The position numbers and the translations under genes were made by a program. From assembly GCA_937954085.1 (NCBI GenBank), contig CALGAK010000088.1, positions 2,448-66,447 on the forward strand: DNA of 64,000 nt, in the 5' to 3' direction. Shown piece after piece: positions 9,786 through 18,945 of this stretch. The DNA is from an uncultured Bacteroidota bacterium (GTDB lineage Bacteria; Bacteroidota; Bacteroidia; Bacteroidales; M50B96). Numbering within the stretch: position 1 is the stretch's first letter; each line of letters starts with the position of its first letter. The notes under the pieces were generated by a model, which did no database searches, was not told where the DNA came from, and saw nothing but the letters and a program-made list of their open reading frames with translations.

Positions 9786-12700
9786 ATGAGAAACTCTACA
9801 AATCTCAGTCTTTTACCAATTAATGGTAAACATGTTTTCTCTAAAGTAAGATTACTTGGGCTCATGCTCCCAATTCTGCTTTTTTCGGTTCTCCCCCGAA
9901 CCACTAATGCTCAACCATCATGTTCTGCAAGCATTGATACTGTTGCAAGTTATTATGGTGCCAATGTGAGTTGTTTTGGGGCTGAAGACGGTGCTCTTCG
10001 AGCTGACTTAGTTACATCGGTTCCTAATCAGCTGATTACCTATAATTGGGAAGACCAAGATAGTAACCCCATCGGAACAGGAAAATTTCTCTATGACTTA
10101 GGTGCAGGGACATACTATGTTACAGCTACCGATTTCAATGGTTGTTCTGCAACTGCTTCTTATACCCTGGTTGATCCCTTAGAACTAGAAGTATCCATTA
10201 CCGGAGACAATATTTTATGTTTTGGTGAAACGGGTTCAGTTACCGCCAATGTAACCGGTGGTACTCAAGATCCGAACATTCCCAGTACAGGCGGATATTA
10301 CTACACCTGGTCACTGAATGGTTCCGGCAATGGTGTTACAATCGATGAGATTACTCCAGCCAATGCCGGCCTTTACGCTGTTACAGTTGCCGATGCAAAT
10401 GGTTGTGTTGCCAACGCTACCTTCAATCTGGTAGAGCCTCCAGCTATTTCGGTCGACCTTCCTAACTATCAAACGAACGTTTCCTGCTACGGTTTATCCG
10501 ATGGAGCCATGATGATTTCTGGAATTACCGGAGGAACTACTCCTTATTCAATCTCTTGGAGTCAAGGTGGCAACCAGATTGCTTCGGATACTTACTCTGT
10601 TTCCGGCCTATCAGCTGGAACTTATGACTTATTGGTCACCGATGCTGAGGGTTGTGAAGTGTCTGAAAGTATTGTAATTACCCAACCTGAAGAAATAAAT
10701 GTGTCAATTGCTGAAACCAATGTTTCTTGTTTTGGCTTAGATAATGGTTCGCTCGAACTGACAATCACTCCTTCCTCTAATTATGCCATTACTTGGTCAA
10801 ATAGTGAAACTACTTCCACCATTAATAATTTAGCGCCTGGTAATTATTCCGTTCAAGTTGTTGATTTAAACTCCAACTGTGCCGCCGGTGGAGCTGCTTT
10901 CTTTCCAGCCTCTAGCCTACCTGCCAATTGGAACTTCTCAACATCAGGTACATACCATACCATTATCGGTAACCCGGAAGATATTTTCCTCGATGGCGTA
11001 AATGGTTCCAACAATATTCAAGTTGGCGATTACATTGGTGTTTTCTACTATGATGGAGCAGCACTCGAATGTGGCGGTTATACCTTAATTAATTCCAATA
11101 CTGCCGATTTCAATATTGCTGCTTGGGCCGATGATAACTTGGTTACTGGTAAAGACGGTTTTGAAAATGGCGATCTTTTCCTCTTCCGAGTTTTCCGTCC
11201 GGGCGTAAATGAATTTAAAACAGTAACCCAACTCAATTTCAACCCAACTCTCGATGGGGAACTTTATGTTGGAGGACAATCCTTAATTGAATCCTTAGTG
11301 TTCGACGAAAACACTCCTTCTAATCTCTTTAACCAAGTAGTTGGCTCTTGGGCTTTCTCCAATACTGGAACTTTCCAAACGATTCTTGTCGATAATCAAG
11401 ATGTCTATCTCGAAGGGTTGACCGGCGGAAATAACTTAACTGTAGGTGATTATATTGGTGCCTTCTATCTAGAGAATGGAGACTATGTTTGTGCCGGATA
11501 TGTTGAGGTTACCACCGCTACTTCAAGTATTCCTGCTTTTGCCGATGATAATACAACTCCAGAAAAAGATGGATTCACCACCGGTGACGACATGTATTAT
11601 TTTGTATATCGTCCAAGCACTCTTCAATTATTTACCGATATTACCTCTGTCAGTTTTGAAACTGGCGTAGGCCTTACAACGGGTGCTACTTTCTCGGGTG
11701 GGCAATCAAAAGTGGACCAATTAGTATACAGTAACACCGCTCCTGCTCCAAACTATGGAAGTGGTTGGGATTATATTAATACAGGAACTTTCCATACCAT
11801 TATTATTGAGAACTCTGGTATTCTCTTGAATGCTCCGTATGGTGCTCAAACCATTTTACCTGGAGATTATATCGGAGTATTCTTTGATGACAATGGTGTT
11901 TTAAAACCTGCAGGTTACGCCGAAGTGGGAACCAATGCACAAACAGTTATTGCTGCTTGGGGCGACGATAATACAACCGCAACTATTAAAGACGGTTTTG
12001 AAGTAGGTGATCCTTTCGTGTTTAAAGTGTATCGTCCTTTGATGAACTTCTTCACTGAAGTGTACTCAGTTACCTATCAAACTGGAGCAAACTTAAACGA
12101 AGGTCTTTTTGTATCTAATGGTCAATCCATTATTTCAAATCTTGAGTTCTCGGTAAATGCACCCATTGCCAGTCTTTCGGCTACCATTACGGAACCTGAT
12201 CTTTTAGAAACAACCTATACCAAAACCGACATTCTATGTAATGGCGATGGTAACGGCGCAATTGATATTACTGTTGTTGGAGGTACAATTCCTTATACTT
12301 ATGCTTGGAGCAATGCTGAAACTACTCAGGATATTAGTGGATTGAATGGAGGGTTCTATACCGTTACAGTTACTGATGCTAATAATTGTGAAAACGTTGT
12401 TACGATTGAAATTATTGAGCCTGTGGCTCTAGCTATTAGCGAAGCGATTACTAATGTAACTTGTAATGCAGGTACCGATGGTGAGATTGACATTACCGTA
12501 ACAGGTGGTGTTACTCCCTACACATATGCTTGGTCCAATAATGCAACAAGCGAAGATTTAACTGGTCTTACGGCAGGTGACTATTCGGTCACAATTACTG
12601 ATGGTAACGCTTGTGAGATTACTTCAGTCCTTTTTGAAGTTACAGAACCAGATGCCATCGATGATAATGAAGTTCTTTCAACTTTCGTGGGCGGGTTCAA

Positions 12701-15700
12701 TATTAGTTGTAATGGAGCAACCGATGGTGAAATTGAATTAGTCCCAACCGGTGGAACAGGAGCTTATACCTATGAGTGGAGCGATAATATTTCTGCAACC
12801 TCTGCTAGCCGTACCAATTTAGCTGCCGGAGCCTATGCTGTTACTATTACCGATGCTGCTCTTTGCACAGCCGAATTCACGTACACTTTGACTGAGCCAG
12901 AACCAATGGTCGTTCAATTTAGTGTAGATGAAAATGTTAGTTGTAATGGATTGGCTGACGGGTCGGTCACTTATGATATTGACAATGCGTATGGAACACT
13001 TTCTTTCGAATGGAATAACGGAACAACTACCGGAACGACACTGGATAATCTTGCTGCTGGCACGTATAACTTTACGGTTACCGATCAGAACAACTGTTCT
13101 CATGCCGCTGGAGATTTGGGAATCTTACCGTGGGCATTCACCAACAATACTGGTAGCAGCCACGCGATTTTAATTCCTAGTGCAGCTTCCTTAACCTTTG
13201 ATGGTGGATCGATCGAAGCCGGCGACTATATCGGTGTCTTCTTTGATGATAACGGAACCGAAAAATGTGCGGGTTATGTTCAGTGGACCGGAGCAAATGC
13301 ATCACTCATTGCTTGGGGTGATGACGATAATACTGCTGGTACAAAAGAAGGTTTTGATTCTAATGAAGCATTATCCTACAAAGTATATCGTCCAACGGTT
13401 GGCGAATACGCTGCAACTGCTACTTATTCGAGCGATGCCCAGTTTACTCACGTCGGACTTTATGCTAATAATGGTTATAGCGGATTAGATGCTTTAAATG
13501 CTGCCTTCGATATCACGCTTGTTAACATTACCACGGTTACAATTACACAACCCGATGTATTGACAGCTTCTATTACTGGCGATCTCATCGTTTGTAATGG
13601 TGGAACAGCCGATTTAGGCGTGGATGTTAATGGAGGGACTGCACCATATACCTATATTTGGACTGGTGGAGGAACAGATGCTACCTTGCTTGGAGCAATT
13701 GCTGGAACCTATGTCGTTACAGTAACCGACGCAAATAACTGCACTTTTGAAGCCAACTCAACATTTACCGAACCTGCTGCAATTAGTTTCGACGTAACTG
13801 TTATCGATCCGCTGTGTAATGGAGAGGCCACTGGTGCTGCTTCAGTAACAAGTGTTTCCGGAGGATATACGGCAATCAACTATACCTTAGATTGGGGTAC
13901 CGCTAATCCTCTTGCTCTTGCTGCTGGTAATTATACTGTTACTCTTACCGACGACGAAGGATGTGAAGCTACCGAAGACTTTTTAGTAGAAGAGCCATCG
14001 CTGTTAACCATTGATCCAACTGTAACTCCAACGACTTGCATTAGCGATGCTGATGGAGCAATTTCAATTGTAGTTACTGGAGGAACACAACCTGTCGTAT
14101 CCTATGCTTGGAACAATGGAGGAACAACCAATTATATTACTGGCTTAACTGCTGGCGATTATACTGTGACTGTTGAAGATTCTAATGGTTGTACTTTAGT
14201 CGAAACAATTGAAGCAACTGAACCTACTGCAATTGTTGTTTCTGAAATCTTATCTACCTATAATGGTGGATTTAACTTGACTTGTTTCGAATCGGCTGAT
14301 GGAGCAATTGCCCTTGACGTTACAGGTGGTGCAGGAAATTATACCTTCTTATGGTCTAATGCTGAAACTACTGAAGATATCAATAATCTGGATGCTGGTC
14401 CTTATACAGTTACCATTACAGACGGGAATGGTTGTGAAGTAATTGAATCATATACCCTCACTCAGCCAGGACAGATTGCTGTTACTGTAGACGCAACTAC
14501 TTCTTATATAACTGGTGGAGTCCCTTACAACACGACATGTAATGGATTCGATGGTGGAGCTGAAATCACCGATATCACCAACGAAATTGGAACAAATCTA
14601 ACTTATGCTTGGACAGGCGGAACAACCTTGGATGCTATTAACGATGTTCCATCAGGTGTTTATAATGTTACCGTAACCGATGAAAATTCTTGTACCGGTG
14701 TTGGTACAGTTACGCTTACTGGCCCTGGTCCAGTAAACTTTACGGCAGATGTTTTATCCGACTTTAATGGCTTTGAGGTAAGCTGTTTCAATGGAGAGAA
14801 CGGTCAGATTGAATTTGACTGGGACAATGGTGTTGGACCTTTTGATATCTATTTCTCCGATTGGAATGTAAATGCAGCCATTGCTATAAACGCTAATAAT
14901 ACTACTGTTGATGGATTTAGTGCTGGAACATACTATGCAATTCTTGTAGATAATAACGGTTGTGCTACAATTTCGGATGAGTTCACTTTGACCTCTCCCA
15001 CCGAAATTACCTTGCCCGATCCTCATGTATTTGCTCCTTCCTGTGCCGATGGTTCTGACGGATCTATCAACCTAACTGGAATTTCCGGTGGTATTCCTCC
15101 TTACGATGTACAGTGGGTTTATACTACGTATCCTGCTCAAACGGGTTTTGTTTTAACTGGATTGGATGCTGAAAGCACTTATATTGGAATCGTTTCCGAT
15201 GGTAATGGTTGTTCAGTTATCCATGAGTTCACCATTCCTAATGTTGATCCAATTGTTATCAACTCAGTTACACCAACCGATATTGATTGTTATGGTGCTG
15301 CAACCGGTGAAATTACTGCCGATGTTGTAGGTGGTTCTGGTACGTTTGAGTTCTCTGTTGATGGAACAAACTACAGTTCGATTGCAGTTACTGGTTTAAC
15401 CGCAGGTGACTATACCTTATATATACGCGATACTTATGGTTGTGTGGTTGAATATGGTAGTTTAGTAACAATTGACCAGCAAACCGAGATTACTGCTACG
15501 TCTACTATTGAAGATGCAAGTTGCAACGGCGCCTCAGATGGTGAAATATCTGTAGTTGTTTTAGGTGGCGATGGTACCTATACCTATAATTGGGTTGGTT
15601 TAAATAATACTACGGCTAGTGTTAACGGCTTAGAAGCAGGATCTTACGAATTAGAGGTTACCGATGGCTTAGCATGTACTGTAAGCTTCACCTTTATGGT

Positions 15701-18700
15701 TGATGAACCAGCTGCCTTAGATGCAACTGCTTCCATCACCAACGTTTCTTGTAATGGTGGTACTGATGGAGCAGCTACGGTTTCTATCACTGGTGGAACC
15801 ACTCCTTATGTAGGTGAGTGGTCCAATGGTGAAACCAGTCAATCAATTACTAATGTTGTTGCTGGTACCTATACTTATACTGTTACTGACGTTAACAATT
15901 GTGAAATTACAGGTAGTGTTACTATTTCAGAACCCGACGCAATCGATATCACAGAGACTATTACCAATGTAACTTGTTTCGATGGTGCTGATGGACAAAT
16001 TGAATTAACAATCGACGGTGGAACTGCTCCTTATTCAAACTTTGTTTGGTCAGATGGTACGAATACTGTTGGTACTTCCATGAACTTAACCAATGTTGAA
16101 GCTGGAACTTATACTGTTGAATTTACCGATGATAATAGTTGTAGCTATACAGCTCAGTATTCAATTACAGAGCCTGCTCAAATTGAAATTACCGGAACTG
16201 CTACTGATATTTCTTGTAATAATGCAGACGACGGAACTATTACGATCTCTAATGTAACCGGAGGAAGTGGTACATACACTTATTCCTGGACTGAACATAG
16301 CGATGCCTCATTTACTTCTACGGACATGAACCAGATCGGATTATCCGAAGGCCAGTATACTTTGGTCGTAGAAGATGGAAACGGTTGCACGGCAAGTGCT
16401 TCTTATGACATTATTAATCCTGATGTGATTACTATTTCATTAGTGGAGAACTTACCTGCTAATTGTACCGCTCCCGACGGTTCGTTGGAGATTAGTGCTG
16501 TTGGTGGCACTGGTGCTTTCACTTATGCATGGTCTAATGGTGGAACTGATGCTCTAGCTGAAGGTTTGCTAGCTGGTGATTATACTGTTACTGTTACCGA
16601 TGCTAATCTTTGTGTAGCGAATATGACCTACACCGTAAGCTCTGTTAATAATTTGGTTGCAAATACAATCGTTACCGACGTAGCTTGTTTTGGTGATGCC
16701 ACTGGTAGTATCGAAGTGGATATACAAACAGGTAATGGTCCATTCACATTTACCTATAACGGAATAGCAGGAAGTGTTATCGAGGAAAATCTTCTAGCTG
16801 GTACCTATGATGTTGTTGTTACTGACAGTTATGGTTGTCAAGCTATTATCGATGACATAGAAGTTGAGCAGCCTGTAGCAGCCCTTACCGCTACTGTAGT
16901 TGTAACAGACGAAACTTGTTTCGGTCTTAATGATGGTATCGCTGAAATTACTGCGAATGGCGGCACAAGCCCTTATACTTATAGTTGGGATGGTGCTAAT
17001 TACGTAACAGACATGCAATTAGCAGCTATTACTCCAGGTACTTATGATGTCCTGGTCGAAGATGCTAATGGATGCGATTTAACTGTTTCGTATACCATTG
17101 CACCTGCAACGCAAATTACTCTTGATATCGATGTGACTAACGCTGGTTGCGATAACTCCACCGATGGTGAAATTACTGTAACTCCTTCTGGTGGAAATGA
17201 CGCACAGTATTACTATGAATGGTCCACAGGTCCACAAACTGCTTCCTTAACAGGACTCAATTATGGAACCTATACAATTACTGTTTATGATGCGAACCTT
17301 TGTTCAGTGAATGAAAGCGTCGATGTTGAATTTGATTTCGGTTTCTATTTCGATAATGCATCTGTTGAGGATGTAACTTGCTTCGAAGGAAACGACGGTA
17401 GCATCACCGTTAACTATCAAACAACTACACCAAACGGTGAACACTATACCTTCGTCTGGAAGAATTTAAACGACGATGTTTTAAGAACTGACGAAAACGT
17501 GTATGTTTCTACTTTGGACAATCTGTTTGCAGGAACTTATGTGCTTGAAATTCGCTCAGAGCCATTTACCGGATGTTATGAGGAAAGAACCTACGTTGTT
17601 AGTCAGCCCGATCCTATTGTGGTTACTCCAAATCTGAATCTACCCTCTTGTTATAAGTTTGATGACGGATCTATTACCCTCGATATAACCGGAGGTAGTG
17701 GCAACTTCACTTACTTATGGTCAAAAGGTGCAAATTATGTTGCTCATAATATTTCGGATGGTAGTATTGATAATATCAATGCAGGTATATACCGATTGAC
17801 TGTTACCGATGCAAACTCAGTAGGTTGTAGCGATGTTCAGATTGTTACTTTAACCCAGCCTGACCCAATTAGCAGTACTATTGTAGCCACGGACATTACC
17901 TGTTTTGGCGACAATGATGGAAGTGTAAGTCTTACGGTTACCGGAGGAACGGGAACCTATACTTATACTTGGGATGGACTTGCAATTAATTCGAATGAAT
18001 TAACTGCTCTAGCTGCTGGTTTATATGAGGTGACTATAACTGACCAGAATAACTGTACAGCAACTAATGATGCTACCGTATTAGAACCAGCGGTTCTTGC
18101 AGTACCTAGCCTCGATGTGACTGATGCACTTTGCAACGGTGATAATGGAACAATTATTCCAACAGTCACTGGTGGAAACTTCCCATATAGTTTCACTTGG
18201 TCAACTAATACCAATTACAACCCAGTTGTTAGCACCAACGACTTTGTTAATGGAGTAGCAGATGACTACTTCCTGAAAGTGATTGACAGCAAAGGTTGTG
18301 AAGTGGAAGTAACCGCTACTATTGATGAGCCTGCTCCTCTGGTTGTTAGCATTAGCCAAACCGTATTTGATGCTACCAATTCAACTGCGGTAGCCTCTGC
18401 TACTGGTGGTTCGACTCCTTATACGTATGCTTGGTCAAATGGTATTAACAGTGCCAGTAGTGCTTTCCTTACTGCAGGAGATACGTACACGGTAACTGTT
18501 ACCGATGCTAACTCGTGCTCTGCTCAAGAAAGCATCCTGATTCAGGCAGTGAGTCCAATCATGGTTGACGGACCGGATATGAATGTTGATAATCAAATGC
18601 TTCAGACTAATTTGACGGATAATGGATTATTAGCTAAAGTTTATCCGAACCCAAGTAAGGATGGATTATTTAACCTGATGTTCAATACCAACGAATTAGA

Positions 18701-18878
18701 CAGAGCCAATATCGAGATATACGATGCACTGGGTAAACTTGTACAAAGCGAAGTGCTTACTACAACCCAAGGTGGAATTCATACGATTGAACTTCCCGCT
18801 TCAAAAGGAATCTACTATCTCCGGATAATTACCAATGAGTTTGGTAGTGTAACCAAACAATTAATTATCTCCGAATAA
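9786..18878 (+). CDS. Giant (3030 aa) cell-surface protein: signal peptide, about 29 SprB-type repeat units, 4 copies of an unassigned module, type-A T9SS C-terminal sorting domain
   Basis: Single uninterrupted ORF. N-terminal hydrophobic signal region (LLGLMLPILLFSVLPRTTNAQ). Repeating 75-80 aa units with the signature xSC.G..DG.I...V.GG..PY.Y.W ... L.AG.Y.VTVTD.NGC. The C-terminus is VYPNPSKDGLFNL...GIYYLRI. Confidence 0.9.
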   Translation: MRNSTNLSLLPINGKHVFSKVRLLGLMLPILLFSVLPRTTNAQPSCSASIDTVASYYGANVSCFGAEDGALRADLVTSVPNQLITYNWEDQDSNPIGTGKFLYDLGAGTYYVTATDFNGCSATASYTLVDPLELEVSITGDNILCFGETGSVTANVTGGTQDPNIPSTGGYYYTWSLNGSGNGVTIDEITPANAGLYAVTVADANGCVANATFNLVEPPAISVDLPNYQTNVSCYGLSDGAMMISGITGGTTPYSISWSQGGNQIASDTYSVSGLSAGTYDLLVTDAEGCEVSESIVITQPEEINVSIAETNVSCFGLDNGSLELTITPSSNYAITWSNSETTSTINNLAPGNYSVQVVDLNSNCAAGGAAFFPASSLPANWNFSTSGTYHTIIGNPEDIFLDGVNGSNNIQVGDYIGVFYYDGAALECGGYTLINSNTADFNIAAWADDNLVTGKDGFENGDLFLFRVFRPGVNEFKTVTQLNFNPTLDGELYVGGQSLIESLVFDENTPSNLFNQVVGSWAFSNTGTFQTILVDNQDVYLEGLTGGNNLTVGDYIGAFYLENGDYVCAGYVEVTTATSSIPAFADDNTTPEKDGFTTGDDMYYFVYRPSTLQLFTDITSVSFETGVGLTTGATFSGGQSKVDQLVYSNTAPAPNYGSGWDYINTGTFHTIIIENSGILLNAPYGAQTILPGDYIGVFFDDNGVLKPAGYAEVGTNAQTVIAAWGDDNTTATIKDGFEVGDPFVFKVYRPLMNFFTEVYSVTYQTGANLNEGLFVSNGQSIISNLEFSVNAPIASLSATITEPDLLETTYTKTDILCNGDGNGAIDITVVGGTIPYTYAWSNAETTQDISGLNGGFYTVTVTDANNCENVVTIEIIEPVALAISEAITNVTCNAGTDGEIDITVTGGVTPYTYAWSNNATSEDLTGLTAGDYSVTITDGNACEITSVLFEVTEPDAIDDNEVLSTFVGGFNISCNGATDGEIELVPTGGTGAYTYEWSDNISATSASRTNLAAGAYAVTITDAALCTAEFTYTLTEPEPMVVQFSVDENVSCNGLADGSVTYDIDNAYGTLSFEWNNGTTTGTTLDNLAAGTYNFTVTDQNNCSHAAGDLGILPWAFTNNTGSSHAILIPSAASLTFDGGSIEAGDYIGVFFDDNGTEKCAGYVQWTGANASLIAWGDDDNTAGTKEGFDSNEALSYKVYRPTVGEYAATATYSSDAQFTHVGLYANNGYSGLDALNAAFDITLVNITTVTITQPDVLTASITGDLIVCNGGTADLGVDVNGGTAPYTYIWTGGGTDATLLGAIAGTYVVTVTDANNCTFEANSTFTEPAAISFDVTVIDPLCNGEATGAASVTSVSGGYTAINYTLDWGTANPLALAAGNYTVTLTDDEGCEATEDFLVEEPSLLTIDPTVTPTTCISDADGAISIVVTGGTQPVVSYAWNNGGTTNYITGLTAGDYTVTVEDSNGCTLVETIEATEPTAIVVSEILSTYNGGFNLTCFESADGAIALDVTGGAGNYTFLWSNAETTEDINNLDAGPYTVTITDGNGCEVIESYTLTQPGQIAVTVDATTSYITGGVPYNTTCNGFDGGAEITDITNEIGTNLTYAWTGGTTLDAINDVPSGVYNVTVTDENSCTGVGTVTLTGPGPVNFTADVLSDFNGFEVSCFNGENGQIEFDWDNGVGPFDIYFSDWNVNAAIAINANNTTVDGFSAGTYYAILVDNNGCATISDEFTLTSPTEITLPDPHVFAPSCADGSDGSINLTGISGGIPPYDVQWVYTTYPAQTGFVLTGLDAESTYIGIVSDGNGCSVIHEFTIPNVDPIVINSVTPTDIDCYGAATGEITADVVGGSGTFEFSVDGTNYSSIAVTGLTAGDYTLYIRDTYGCVVEYGSLVTIDQQTEITATSTIEDASCNGASDGEISVVVLGGDGTYTYNWVGLNNTTASVNGLEAGSYELEVTDGLACTVSFTFMVDEPAALDATASITNVSCNGGTDGAATVSITGGTTPYVGEWSNGETSQSITNVVAGTYTYTVTDVNNCEITGSVTISEPDAIDITETITNVTCFDGADGQIELTIDGGTAPYSNFVWSDGTNTVGTSMNLTNVEAGTYTVEFTDDNSCSYTAQYSITEPAQIEITGTATDISCNNADDGTITISNVTGGSGTYTYSWTEHSDASFTSTDMNQIGLSEGQYTLVVEDGNGCTASASYDIINPDVITISLVENLPANCTAPDGSLEISAVGGTGAFTYAWSNGGTDALAEGLLAGDYTVTVTDANLCVANMTYTVSSVNNLVANTIVTDVACFGDATGSIEVDIQTGNGPFTFTYNGIAGSVIEENLLAGTYDVVVTDSYGCQAIIDDIEVEQPVAALTATVVVTDETCFGLNDGIAEITANGGTSPYTYSWDGANYVTDMQLAAITPGTYDVLVEDANGCDLTVSYTIAPATQITLDIDVTNAGCDNSTDGEITVTPSGGNDAQYYYEWSTGPQTASLTGLNYGTYTITVYDANLCSVNESVDVEFDFGFYFDNASVEDVTCFEGNDGSITVNYQTTTPNGEHYTFVWKNLNDDVLRTDENVYVSTLDNLFAGTYVLEIRSEPFTGCYEERTYVVSQPDPIVVTPNLNLPSCYKFDDGSITLDITGGSGNFTYLWSKGANYVAHNISDGSIDNINAGIYRLTVTDANSVGCSDVQIVTLTQPDPISSTIVATDITCFGDNDGSVSLTVTGGTGTYTYTWDGLAINSNELTALAAGLYEVTITDQNNCTATNDATVLEPAVLAVPSLDVTDALCNGDNGTIIPTVTGGNFPYSFTWSTNTNYNPVVSTNDFVNGVADDYFLKVIDSKGCEVEVTATIDEPAPLVVSISQTVFDATNSTAVASATGGSTPYTYAWSNGINSASSAFLTAGDTYTVTVTDANSCSAQESILIQAVSPIMVDGPDMNVDNQMLQTNLTDNGLLAKVYPNPSKDGLFNLMFNTNELDRANIEIYDALGKLVQSEVLTTTQGGIHTIELPASKGIYYLRIITNEFGSVTKQLIISE
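9912..10890 (+). repeat. SprB-type repeat units 1-4 of the 3030-aa protein
   Basis: Four consecutive units, each with the two conserved Cys (for example NVSCFGAEDG...TDFNGC and NVSCYGLSDG...TDAEGC). Confidence 0.8.
10926..12150 (+). repeat. Three tandem copies of an unassigned roughly 140-aa module (GDYIG-AWGDD-KDGF module)
   Basis: The anchor Trp codons at 10929, 11349 and 11766 give periods of 420 and 417 nt. Shared motifs: W.[FY]..TG..HTI, GDYIG[VA]F[FY], [CP][AG]GY, A[WF][AG]DD, KDGF..GD, [VF][YF]RP. Confidence 0.85.
12181..13110 (+). repeat. SprB-type repeat units 5-8 of the 3030-aa protein
   Basis: Units start at DILCNGDGNG, NVTCNAGTDG, NISCNGATDG and NVSCNGLADG. Confidence 0.8.
13125..13500 (+). 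repeat. Fourth, isolated copy of the unassigned GDYIG-AWGDD module
   Basis: PWAFTNNTGSSHAILIP...GDYIGVFFDDNGTEKCAGYVQW...IAWGDDDNTAGTKEGFDSNEALSYKVYRP, with the anchor Trp codon at 13131. Confidence 0.85.
13540..18550 (+). repeat. SprB-type repeat units 9-29 of the 3030-aa protein
   Basis: Uninterrupted array with a period of about 225-240 nt, counted by the C.G..DG ... GG..(P)Y.Y.W signature. Confidence 0.8.
18636..18875 (+). other. Type-A T9SS C-terminal sorting domain (Por_Secre_tail-like) of the 3030-aa protein
   Basis: KVYPNPSKDGLFNLMF...IEIYDALGKLV...GIYYLRIITNEFGSVTKQLIISE at the extreme C-terminus. Confidence 0.85.
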
Positions 18879-18891
18879 GTAAATCTGATTT

Positions 18892-18921
18892 TAATCGGAT
18901 GGTCCTAGGACCATCCGATTA
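18892..18921 (+). terminator. Perfect 30-nt palindrome/hairpin between the two giant genes (possible partial terminator or processing site)
   Basis: TAATCGGATGGTCC TA GGACCATCCGATTA, followed by TTTTAATC. It sits in the 67-nt gap between the stop at 18878 and the ATG at 18946. Confidence 0.4.
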
Positions 18922-18945
18922 TTTTAATCAATAAATATTAGCCAT

